Shown here piece after piece: positions 16,122 to 23,512 of a stretch of 32,000 nt of DNA. The stretch comes from Patescibacteria group bacterium (GTDB lineage Bacteria > Patescibacteriota > Patescibacteriia > UBA2591 > UBA6264). Each line of letters starts with the position of its first letter. Position 1 is the stretch's first letter. The stretch is from positions 6,523 through 38,522 of the forward strand of contig JAQTOB010000007.1 of the NCBI GenBank assembly GCA_028713575.1, given 5' to 3'. The position numbers and the translations under genes are program-made. Under the pieces are notes generated by a model that saw nothing but the letters and a program-made list of their open reading frames with translations, was not told where the DNA came from and searched no databases.

Positions 16122-17207
16122 ATGAAAGTTGCTTTAATCCATGATTTTTTGACGCAATACGGCGGAGCAGAAAAGGTTTTGGAGTGTTTTCATAAAATTT
16201 GGCCAACAGCGCCAATTTTTACTTTATTTTACGACCAGGAGGCGATGAGAGATAAATTTATTGATTGTGATATTCGTGTTTCACCAATCCAGAATTTGCC
16301 GTTTGGAGTAAAAAAATACCGCTGGTATTTACCCCTAATGCCGAGCGCGGTTGAAAGGTTTAATTTAAAAAATTTTGATTTAGTAATTTCTGATTGTTCT
16401 GCTTATGCTAAAGGAGTAATTACCCAACCGGGTACTTGTCATTTTTCATATATTCACACGCCCACGCGTTATTTATGGTCTGACGCCCATAATTACCTTG
16501 ATTCTTTAAAAGGAGGGGAGAAAATAGCAAGTAAAATTATTGCTCCGCTTTTAAATCGTTTGAGGATTTGGGACTATTTAGCGGCGCAAAGGCCAAATGC
16601 TTTAATTGCCAATTCAAAATTTGTGGCGCAAAGAATCAAGCATTATTATCACCGCGAGAGCACAGTGATTTATCCTCCCGTAGAAACAGATAAATTTAAG
16701 ATTAGCGAAAAAATAGACAAATATTTTTTAGTTGTTTCTCGCCTGAGACCTTATAAAAGAGTTGATTTGGCAGTGCAAGCTTTTAATCATTTAAAAATTC
16801 CTTTGAAGATTATTGGTGGAGGAGAGAGCAGAATATTAAAAAAAATGGCCGGGCCACATATTGAATTTTTAGGTATTCTTTCTAACCAGAAAAGAGCCGA
16901 TTATATGTCTCGTTGTCAGGCTTTAATATTTCCCCAAGAAGAAGATTTTGGCATTACAGCCGTGGAGGCCATGGCCAGTGGCCGACCGGTTATTGCTTAT
17001 CAAGCCGGCGGCGCCTTGGAAATAATAAAAGAAAATAAAACTGGTCAGTTTTTTAAAGAACAAACCTGGGAGAGTTTAGCTGAAGCAGTCGTTAAATTTA
17101 AAATAGAAAATTTTAATTCAAATAAAATTAGAGAACACGCTTTGCAGTTTAATCAAGAAAGATTTAAAGAAGAAATAAAGAGTTTTGTCCAAAATTATAA
17201 GCCCTGA
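16122..17207 (+). CDS. GT4-family glycosyltransferase
   Basis: MKVALIHDFLTQYGGAEKVL is a typical GT4 N-terminus, and the EX7E region is present (EDFGITAVEAMASGRPVIAYQAGGALEII). The upstream ATG at 16089 in the track lies inside an 8-bp hairpin (16088-16106), so 16122 is preferred. Confidence 0.85.
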   Translation: MKVALIHDFLTQYGGAEKVLECFHKIWPTAPIFTLFYDQEAMRDKFIDCDIRVSPIQNLPFGVKKYRWYLPLMPSAVERFNLKNFDLVISDCSAYAKGVITQPGTCHFSYIHTPTRYLWSDAHNYLDSLKGGEKIASKIIAPLLNRLRIWDYLAAQRPNALIANSKFVAQRIKHYYHRESTVIYPPVETDKFKISEKIDKYFLVVSRLRPYKRVDLAVQAFNHLKIPLKIIGGGESRILKKMAGPHIEFLGILSNQKRADYMSRCQALIFPQEEDFGITAVEAMASGRPVIAYQAGGALEIIKENKTGQFFKEQTWESLAEAVVKFKIENFNSNKIREHALQFNQERFKEEIKSFVQNYKP

Positions 17208-17392
17208 GATTGCCGAAGGACGCAGAAATTTTAGTTACAAAACCTTTACTTTGTCCCCCAATCTATGCTTTGTAATCCCAATTTTAATTTGGAGTTTAAT
17301 ATAGCCATCTAAACCACAGATTAGCGGCAGGGTGCTCAATGTTGTAGTAAAATTTATTTCGCATTGAGCTCGTAAATTTTAACAACATTGGT

Positions 17393-19000
17393 ATGTTTCA
17401 AAAAGTAGATAAATTTCAGAAAACAGTGACTGGCGGAGCGATTATTATCGCCCTTTTTTCAATTTTAAGCCGTTTACTTGGTCTTTTAAGAGACCGATTT
17501 TTAAGTAGCACTTTTGGCGCGGGTCAAATTTTAGATTCTTATTATGCCGCTTTTCGTTTACCGGACTTGATTTTTAATACTTTGGTTTTAGGCGCTCTTT
17601 CTTCCGTTTTTATTCCAGTTTTCATTAAATATTGGCATCAAGACGAAAAAGAGGCTTGGCGAATTACTAATGGAGTGCTGAATATTTTATTCCTGATAAT
17701 TTCTTGCTTAGCGATTATTTTGTTCTTTTTATCGCCGTTTTTAGTCAATTATATGGTGCCGGGATTTAGCCAGGAAGCAAAAAATTTAACGATTTCTTTA
17801 ACTAAAATAATGCTTTTAAGCACTTTGTTTTTTACCCTTAGCAATGTAGCGGGCAGTGTTTTAAATTCTTTTCGCCGATTTTTATCTTACAGTTTAGCGC
17901 CGATTATGTATAATTTAGGAATTATTTTTGGCATTTTATTTTTAACTAAAAAAATTGGTTATGTTGGTTTGGGCTGGGGCGTTGTTTTAGGCGCCCTACT
18001 TCATTTTTTAATTCAAATTCCAGCTTTGGTAAAAACAGGTTATCGTTGGCAACCAGTTTTAAATTTTTTTCATCCCGCGATAAAAAAAATCAGCGTTTTA
18101 ATGTTACCGCGCTGTTTTGGTTTGGCCATTTCCCAGTTTAATTTTATTGTTACCACTTTAATCGCTTCAAGTTTAACCATTGGCGCCGTGGCTATTTATA
18201 ACCTGGCTTTTAATTTAGTTAACTTTCCGGTAAGTATTTTTGGGATTTCTCTGGCGATTTCCATTTTTCCTCTTTTAAGCCAATGTTTCATTGAAGACAA
18301 GAAAACATTTTTTGTTAAATATTTTTCTCAGACGGTTAGAAAAATTATTTATTTAATTATTCCAACCACGGTTTTAATTTTGAGCCTAAGGGCGCAGATC
18401 GTTCGTTTAATTTTAGGGGCGGGTGTTTTTACTTGGCGTGATACAATTTTAACAGCTCAAACTTTAGGTTGGTTTTCTGTGTCTCTTTTTGCTCAAAGTT
18501 TGATTCCGGTTTTTGCTCGGGCTTTTTATGCCACCCAGGACACAAAAACACCGGTTAAAGCGGCAATGGTCAGTTTTTTTATTAATATTATCGCTTGTTT
18601 GATTTTTGGCAATTTAATGGGAGTGGGCGGACTGGCTTTTGCCTTCTCACTTTCTTCCATTGTTAATTTAATACTTCTTTATTTTTATTTTGATAAAAAA
18701 ATCACAAAATTACCCGATAAAGAAATTATGACTTCAGTTATAAAAATTTCTTTAATTTCTTTTTTAATGGCGATAATAATTCAAGCGGTTAAGTATTTGA
18801 TTGGTCCTTTGGTTAATATGCAAACTTTTATCGGCGTTTTATTGCAAACATTTTTTGCCGCTTTATTTGGTTTTATTTTTTATTTGACCACTACTTTAGC
18901 CTTTAAATTTGAGGAAGTGGGAGTGATTACACAAATGATTTCAAAAAGAATTTTAATCTTTAAAAACAAAGGAGGAAAAAGTGGAAAGAAAAATTTTTAA
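17393..19000 (+). CDS. murJ: Lipid II flippase MurJ (MviN family)
   Basis: 535 aa with about 14 predicted TM helices and a MurJ-like N-terminus (SRLLGLLRDRFLSSTFGAGQILDSYYAAFRLPD). Confidence 0.9.
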   Translation: MFQKVDKFQKTVTGGAIIIALFSILSRLLGLLRDRFLSSTFGAGQILDSYYAAFRLPDLIFNTLVLGALSSVFIPVFIKYWHQDEKEAWRITNGVLNILFLIISCLAIILFFLSPFLVNYMVPGFSQEAKNLTISLTKIMLLSTLFFTLSNVAGSVLNSFRRFLSYSLAPIMYNLGIIFGILFLTKKIGYVGLGWGVVLGALLHFLIQIPALVKTGYRWQPVLNFFHPAIKKISVLMLPRCFGLAISQFNFIVTTLIASSLTIGAVAIYNLAFNLVNFPVSIFGISLAISIFPLLSQCFIEDKKTFFVKYFSQTVRKIIYLIIPTTVLILSLRAQIVRLILGAGVFTWRDTILTAQTLGWFSVSLFAQSLIPVFARAFYATQDTKTPVKAAMVSFFINIIACLIFGNLMGVGGLAFAFSLSSIVNLILLYFYFDKKITKLPDKEIMTSVIKISLISFLMAIIIQAVKYLIGPLVNMQTFIGVLLQTFFAALFGFIFYLTTTLAFKFEEVGVITQMISKRILIFKNKGGKSGKKNF

Positions 19001-19397
19001 AAGAGAAGATTGGAAGAAAGCATTTCCTGATTTTTATCAAAGAGGGAATCTTCTAAAAAAGATAAAAATAAAAATAAGAGTAGAAGACAAAAAAGCCCTT
19101 GTAATCGGAGAGACCAGAGAAAAAATGGTAATGACAGTTCTGGAAAAAATGAAAAGACAGGGGAAAATCAGGGATTATATCAGGACGGAAAAATTTGGTT
19201 ATTTAGATTTAATTTTGGGCGTAGATTTTATCATTACATATGTGAATGATAAATATCGCGTTTGCCAATTTTCCGTTACTGGTCCGGCCTGGGTGAAAGG
19301 ACATAAAGAAAGGCATCCAGAGATACCGATTGTCAGCGTAAAGCTGAATGAAAATAAGGAGTCAATAGAAAAAAAGATCCTGAAATTAAAAATTTAA
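18981..19397 (+). CDS. Hypothetical protein (138 aa), no recognisable domain
   Basis: GTG start preceded by the strongest Shine-Dalgarno in the window (AAAGGAGG, 5-nt spacer). Overlaps the murJ 3' end by 20 nt. Followed by a terminator. Confidence 0.6.
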   Translation: MERKIFKREDWKKAFPDFYQRGNLLKKIKIKIRVEDKKALVIGETREKMVMTVLEKMKRQGKIRDYIRTEKFGYLDLILGVDFIITYVNDKYRVCQFSVTGPAWVKGHKERHPEIPIVSVKLNENKESIEKKILKLKI

Positions 19398-19400
19398 TTA

Positions 19401-19432
19401 AAAGAGGGCAGATTAGAAACGTCCTCTTTTTA
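19401..19432 (+). terminator. Intrinsic terminator after the orphan ORF
   Basis: AAAAGAGGGC / GTCCTCTTTT stem (10 bp including one G-U) with a T-run. Confidence 0.65.
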
Positions 19433-19435
19433 AAT

Positions 19436-19464
19436 TGACATTGGCTTTTAAATGACATAAAATT
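19436..19464 (+). promoter_or_regulatory. Sigma70-type promoter TTGACA-17-TAAAAT upstream of lepA
   Basis: -35 at 19436-19441, 17-nt spacer, -10 at 19459-19464. ATG codons lie 2 nt (19467) and 8 nt (19473) downstream. Confidence 0.6.
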
Positions 19465-19466
19465 AA

Positions 19467-21305
19467 ATGAATATGTTGAATTTAAATCTAATTAGAAATT
19501 TTTGTATTATTTCGCATGTTGACCATGGTAAATCAACATTAGCCGACCGATTTTTGGAATTGACAGGGACCATCAGTAAAGAAAAAATGAAGCCGCAATA
19601 TCTTGACCGCTTGCCCTTAGAGAGAGAAAGGGGAATTACTATTAAACTTCAATCCGTGACCATGCGTTATGATTTAGAAGGGAAAGAATATGTTTTAAAT
19701 CTAATTGATACGCCCGGCCATGTTGATTTTTCTTACGAAGTTTCTCGTTCATTGGCCGCAGTAGAAGGGGCGATTCTTTTGGTTGACGCTGGTCAAGGCA
19801 TTCAAGCGCAAACTTTATCTAACCTATATTTGGCGCAAAAACAAAATTTACAAATTATCCCCGTTATCAATAAAATAGATTTAGAAGGCATTGATTTAGA
19901 AAATGTAAAGAAAGAAATTATCAATTTATTGAAAATTGAAGAAAAAGAAATTATTTGCGCTTCGGCAAAAAGGGGAATTAATGTAGAAGAAATATTATTG
20001 GCAGTAATCAATAAAATCCCAGCCCCGAAAATTGAAACAGACCAACCCTTAAAAGCCTTGATATTTGATTCTTGTTTTGATGATTATAGGGGGGTAATTG
20101 CTTTTGTTCGCGTTTTTCAGGGCAGTTTAAGGGCGGAAGATAAAATAAAATTTTTAGCCACCAATATCACAACTTCTATTTTAGAAGTTGGCATTTTTTC
20201 TCCCGATTTTAAAAAAGAACCTGAATTGAAATCAGGACAAATCGGTTATATCGTCACCGGGCTAAAGGATATTGAAAAATGTAGAGTGGGCGATACAATT
20301 AGTTTAATCAATGGAGAAACAAAACCTTTGGTTGGTTATCATGAGCCACAATCAATGGTTTTTGCCGGACTTTATCCCAAACAAGGAGACCAGCCGGAAA
20401 AATTACGTCAGGCCTTAACAAAATTAAAATTAAACGACGCTAGTTTAATTTTTGAACCAGAACATTCCTTGGCCTTAGGTTTCGGTTTTCGCGCCGGGTT
20501 TTTGGGTCTTTTGCATTTAGATGTGGTTCAAGAGAGACTAAAAAGAGAATACGATTTAGATTTAGTTATTACTTCTCCCAGTGTTGCTTATCAAATATGG
20601 TTAAAGGGAGAAAATAATTTTTTAGTTATTCATTCACCGAGCGAGTTTCCCGACCCGGCTAAAATTGATAAAATTAAAGAACCATGGATGACTGTGGATA
20701 TTATTAGTCCACAAAAATATTTAGGCGTAATTATGGATTTTGCAACCACGGCGCCACAGGGAGCAAAATCCCGAACGAATTTTCTTTCTTTAGAATATTT
20801 AAGTCAAAGCGAAAATAAATTTGAACAAGGAAGAATAATTATTCATTTAGAAATGCCCTTATCATTACTTTTGGTTGATTTTTATGATAAATTAAAAAGC
20901 CTTACTCAGGGGTATGCTTCTTACAGTTACGCTTTTCTTGATTATCGTGAAGCAGAAGTTGTGAAGTTAGATATTTTGGTCGGCGGAGAAAAAGTAGAAC
21001 AATTAGCCACTTTAGTATATGATGATTGGGCTTATCAGGCCGGCCGTAAGATTGTAACGGCTTTAAAAGATATTTTACCTCGCCAGCTTTTTGAAGTTAA
21101 GGTTCAGGCGGCAATTGGAGGCAAAATTATTGCCGCAGAGAGAATTTCTCCTTTAAGAAAAGACGTGACAGCTAAATTGTACGGCGGAGATGTTACACGA
21201 AAAAGAAAATTATTAGAAAAACAAAAAAAGGGAAAGAAAAAGATGATGCAATTGGGCAAAGTTAACATTCCGGCTGAAGCCTATTTGGCCATTATGAAAA
21301 GATAG
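19467..21305 (+). CDS. lepA: Elongation factor 4 (LepA)
   Basis: IRNFCIISHVDHGKSTLADR (G1), DTPGHVDF, NKID, and a LepA-specific C-terminal domain (GKIIAAERISPLRKDVTAKLYGGDVTRKRKLLEKQK). The true start may be ATG 19473 given the promoter spacing. Confidence 0.95.
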   Translation: MNMLNLNLIRNFCIISHVDHGKSTLADRFLELTGTISKEKMKPQYLDRLPLERERGITIKLQSVTMRYDLEGKEYVLNLIDTPGHVDFSYEVSRSLAAVEGAILLVDAGQGIQAQTLSNLYLAQKQNLQIIPVINKIDLEGIDLENVKKEIINLLKIEEKEIICASAKRGINVEEILLAVINKIPAPKIETDQPLKALIFDSCFDDYRGVIAFVRVFQGSLRAEDKIKFLATNITTSILEVGIFSPDFKKEPELKSGQIGYIVTGLKDIEKCRVGDTISLINGETKPLVGYHEPQSMVFAGLYPKQGDQPEKLRQALTKLKLNDASLIFEPEHSLALGFGFRAGFLGLLHLDVVQERLKREYDLDLVITSPSVAYQIWLKGENNFLVIHSPSEFPDPAKIDKIKEPWMTVDIISPQKYLGVIMDFATTAPQGAKSRTNFLSLEYLSQSENKFEQGRIIIHLEMPLSLLLVDFYDKLKSLTQGYASYSYAFLDYREAEVVKLDILVGGEKVEQLATLVYDDWAYQAGRKIVTALKDILPRQLFEVKVQAAIGGKIIAAERISPLRKDVTAKLYGGDVTRKRKLLEKQKKGKKKMMQLGKVNIPAEAYLAIMKR

Positions 21306-21370
21306 GGAGCAAAGCGTTTATATTTTAGGTGAAATTTATTTTGTCAAAAAATTTATAAGCTTCAAAAAAT

Positions 21371-21769
21371 ATGGCAGTTTTAAAAAAAATTTTATCTTCC
21401 AAACCATTGTCGTATTTATTGGCCTTATTACTATTTTTTTCTTTTGTTTCTTTGGGGAGAGAAATAAATCGACAGATAAATCTTAAAAAAGAATTAAATT
21501 ATTTGAAAGAACAAACAATGACAATGGAATTAGAAAACCAAAAATTAATGGAAGATTTAGAAAAAATTCAAAGCGAATATTTTAAAGAAAGGGCAGCTCG
21601 CCTTAAATTGGGCTTGCGTAAACCGGGAGAAAGAATGATTGTCATTGTTCCTTCTAAAGATTTAGAAAAAGATGATTCTTCTGAAAAATATTTTCAGAAG
21701 AAAATTTCCAATTTTATGATTTGGTGGCAAAAGTTTTTCCCAAAATTTCAAGATTTTGAAAAGCCGTAA
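21371..21769 (+). CDS. Septum formation initiator (FtsB/DivIC-like) protein
   Basis: Single N-terminal TM helix, a coiled-coil (LKKELNYLKEQTMTMELENQKLMEDLEKIQ), and the family tail ERAARLKLGLRKPGERMIV. Confidence 0.7.
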   Translation: MAVLKKILSSKPLSYLLALLLFFSFVSLGREINRQINLKKELNYLKEQTMTMELENQKLMEDLEKIQSEYFKERAARLKLGLRKPGERMIVIVPSKDLEKDDSSEKYFQKKISNFMIWWQKFFPKFQDFEKP

Positions 21770-22052
21770 ATAATTTTTTTAAAGAATTTAAAAATAAAAA
21801 TTGAATTTAATTCTTAGTTTTTATTTTATTTTTGATTTTTAATAAATAATCTAAAGTTTGAATTTTATCACCATTCTCCAATCATTTTAATTCAACGTCT
21901 ACGCAACAAATATATTTTAAACCATAATATTTTTAATTTTGAAACATTTTTTGAAACGCAAAGGCGCGGAAACTAAAAGTTGTTTTTTTTGTTGATAATT
22001 TGTAAATAATTTGTTAAATTAAAAGAATAAAATTTTAAGCGAACAATAATCA

Positions 22053-22589
22053 ATGGATTATCAAATTGTTAAATGGTTTAATGGTTTAGCCAATCAAAAT
22101 TTTTATTTGGATATTTTTGGTATTATTTTAGCCGAATTTTTAATTTTTTCTTTACCCCTAATTATTATTTTATTTTATTTTTTTTCTGATAGAAAAAAGG
22201 GTTTATTTTTTTTGATTTTAAAAATAATTTTTTCTTTAATTTTCGCTTATAGTTTAAATTATTTAATTGGCTTGATTTTTCTTCGTCCTCGTCCTTTTGT
22301 TAATCATCAAGAAATCTATCAATTGGCTAAATTTTTTGCCAAAACAACAGATTATTCTTTTCCCTCATATCATACAACTACAGCCTTTGTTATGTCTTTT
22401 ATGGTTTTATTTGATTGGCGAAAATTTGGGACAATATTATTAATTTTGTCTTTATTGGTTGGTTTGGGAAGAATTTTTGTCGGAGTTCATTATCCTATGG
22501 ACATTTTAGGCGGGATTGTAACGTCTTTGTTGGCAGTAATTTCAATTAATTTTATTTTTAAATATTTTAACATAAGGAAAGTTAAATAA
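22053..22589 (+). CDS. PAP2-family lipid phosphatase (undecaprenyl-diphosphatase-like)
   Basis: The three acid-phosphatase motifs are present: LRPRPF, PSYH, GRIFVGVHYPMD. Multi-pass membrane protein. Confidence 0.8.
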   Translation: MDYQIVKWFNGLANQNFYLDIFGIILAEFLIFSLPLIIILFYFFSDRKKGLFFLILKIIFSLIFAYSLNYLIGLIFLRPRPFVNHQEIYQLAKFFAKTTDYSFPSYHTTTAFVMSFMVLFDWRKFGTILLILSLLVGLGRIFVGVHYPMDILGGIVTSLLAVISINFIFKYFNIRKVK

Positions 22590-22673
22590 TTATTAGAAAC
22601 GATAACATGTTCGGGATTAACAACTATTAGTAAAAATTATATTAATAGTGCAAGATAATAATACAATGAAATT

Positions 22674-22703
22674 AAACAAAACCGGAGTAATCCGGTTTTG
22701 TTT
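22674..22703. terminator. Bidirectional intrinsic terminator between the PAP2 gene and the tRNA cluster
   Basis: Perfect 13-bp stem AAACAAAACCGGA / TCCGGTTTTGTTT with loop GTAA. A/T tracts on both sides. Confidence 0.8.
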
Positions 22704-22723
22704 AATTTTAAAACAGAAAAGAA

Positions 22724-22795
22724 TAGCAGGTGTGGGAATCGAACCCACGACGGCACGCTTATGAAGCGTGTGCTCTACCGCTGAGCTAACCTGCC
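22724..22795 (-). tRNA. tRNA-Met (anticodon CAU), elongator-type; a lysidine-modified Ile2 cannot be excluded
   Basis: The reverse complement folds as a cloverleaf: GGCAGGT/ACCTGCT acceptor (G1-U72), GCTC/GAGC D stem, CACGC-TTCATAA-GCGTG anticodon arm, GTGGG-TTCGATT-CCCAC T arm. No encoded CCA. Confidence 0.85.
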
Positions 22796-22899
22796 GCTAC
22801 TCCGCCAATTTTTTATAATCTTAAATATTTATGATTATAATTTCAAGGCGGAGAATAATTTTGGTTGCCCTCCATAGCTTTAGGCGAGGGAGGGCCAAA

Positions 22900-22972
22900 T
22901 TGCGGGGGCAGGATTCGAACCTGCAACCTCCAGGTTATGGGCCTGGCGAGCTGCCATTGCTACTACCCCGCG
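22900..22972 (-). tRNA. Initiator tRNA-fMet (anticodon CAU)
   Basis: The 5' CGCGGGG and 3' CCCCGCA-A ends are identical to E. coli and B. subtilis tRNA-fMet, including the C1xA72 mismatch. T arm GCAGG-TTCGAAT-CCTGC. Anticodon arm CCAGG-CCCATAA-CCTGG. No encoded CCA. Confidence 0.85.
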
Positions 22973-22982
22973 ATATTGTTTT

Positions 22983-23010
22983 ATTATAACAATAAAAAAT
23001 TATTTTGCAA
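22983..23010 (-). promoter_or_regulatory. Promoter TTGCAA-16-TATAAT for the tRNA-fMet/tRNA-Met transcript
   Basis: Read on the minus strand: -35 at 23005-23010, -10 at 22983-22988. The -10 ends 10 nt before the mature tRNA 5' end. Confidence 0.55.
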
Positions 23011-23082
23011 GTTTAAACAAGTTTAAAAATAAAATAAACCCAAAAAACAAGTTAAAAAATTTAAAAAATAAATAGAAAAAAA

Positions 23083-23105
23083 CGAGAACCCAGGAAGAGT
23101 TCTCG
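23083..23105 (-). terminator. Intrinsic terminator (CGAGAAC-N9-GTTCTCG) followed by a T-run on the minus strand
   Basis: 7-bp stem. On the minus strand it is followed directly by TTTTTTT. Downstream of tRNA-Leu and a candidate small ORF. Confidence 0.6.
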
Positions 23106-23351
23106 CACATATTTTTTATCCTCCTATTTATTTTAAATTCTTTTCATTTTTCTTTTAAAGATATTTTCTTTATATTTTAGAGAATATCTTTGTTTTTTCA
23201 AGTTTAATTTTATTGCAGGAATGATGATTTCTTTCTGCAAAAAATTAAACCTGAAATATGGAATTAAATTGTCCCATATAATCATAAAAACCTCCTTTTG
23301 TTACAATATAAATTTATTTTATTATGGAAAATTGTATATACTCCGCACAAA

Positions 23352-23438
23352 TGGTGCCGCGGGAGAGAATCGAACTCTCATGGAGTTGCCCCCATACGAT
23401 TTTGAGTCGTACGCGTCTGCCTGTTCCGCCACCGCGGC
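23352..23438 (-). tRNA. tRNA-Leu (anticodon CAA), type II with long variable arm, CCA encoded
   Basis: Reverse complement GCCGCGG-TG-GCG-GAACAGGCAGA-CGC-G-TACGA-CTCAAAA-TCGTA-(variable arm TGGGGGCAACTCCAT)-GAGAG-TTCGATT-CTCTC-CCGCGGC-A-CCA. Confidence 0.9.
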
Positions 23439-23482
23439 ACCATTTATGCGGGATAAAATTATTTCCCTTTTCACCGCGGTTT

Positions 23483-23511
23483 ATTTTAGTAATAGTATAA
23501 CATAACTTCAA
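23483..23511 (-). promoter_or_regulatory. Promoter TTGAAG-17-TAAAAT upstream of tRNA-Leu
   Basis: Read on the minus strand: -35 at 23506-23511, immediately after the topA stop, and -10 at 23483-23488. Leaves a leader of about 40 nt before the tRNA. Confidence 0.45.
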
Positions 23512-23512
23512 T

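Noticed and set aside
23221-23511. Two overlapping ORFs (94 aa on plus, 65 aa on minus)
   Set aside because: Both are built around the tRNA-Leu(CAA) gene at 23352-23438 and AT-rich spacer, with no protein-like features.
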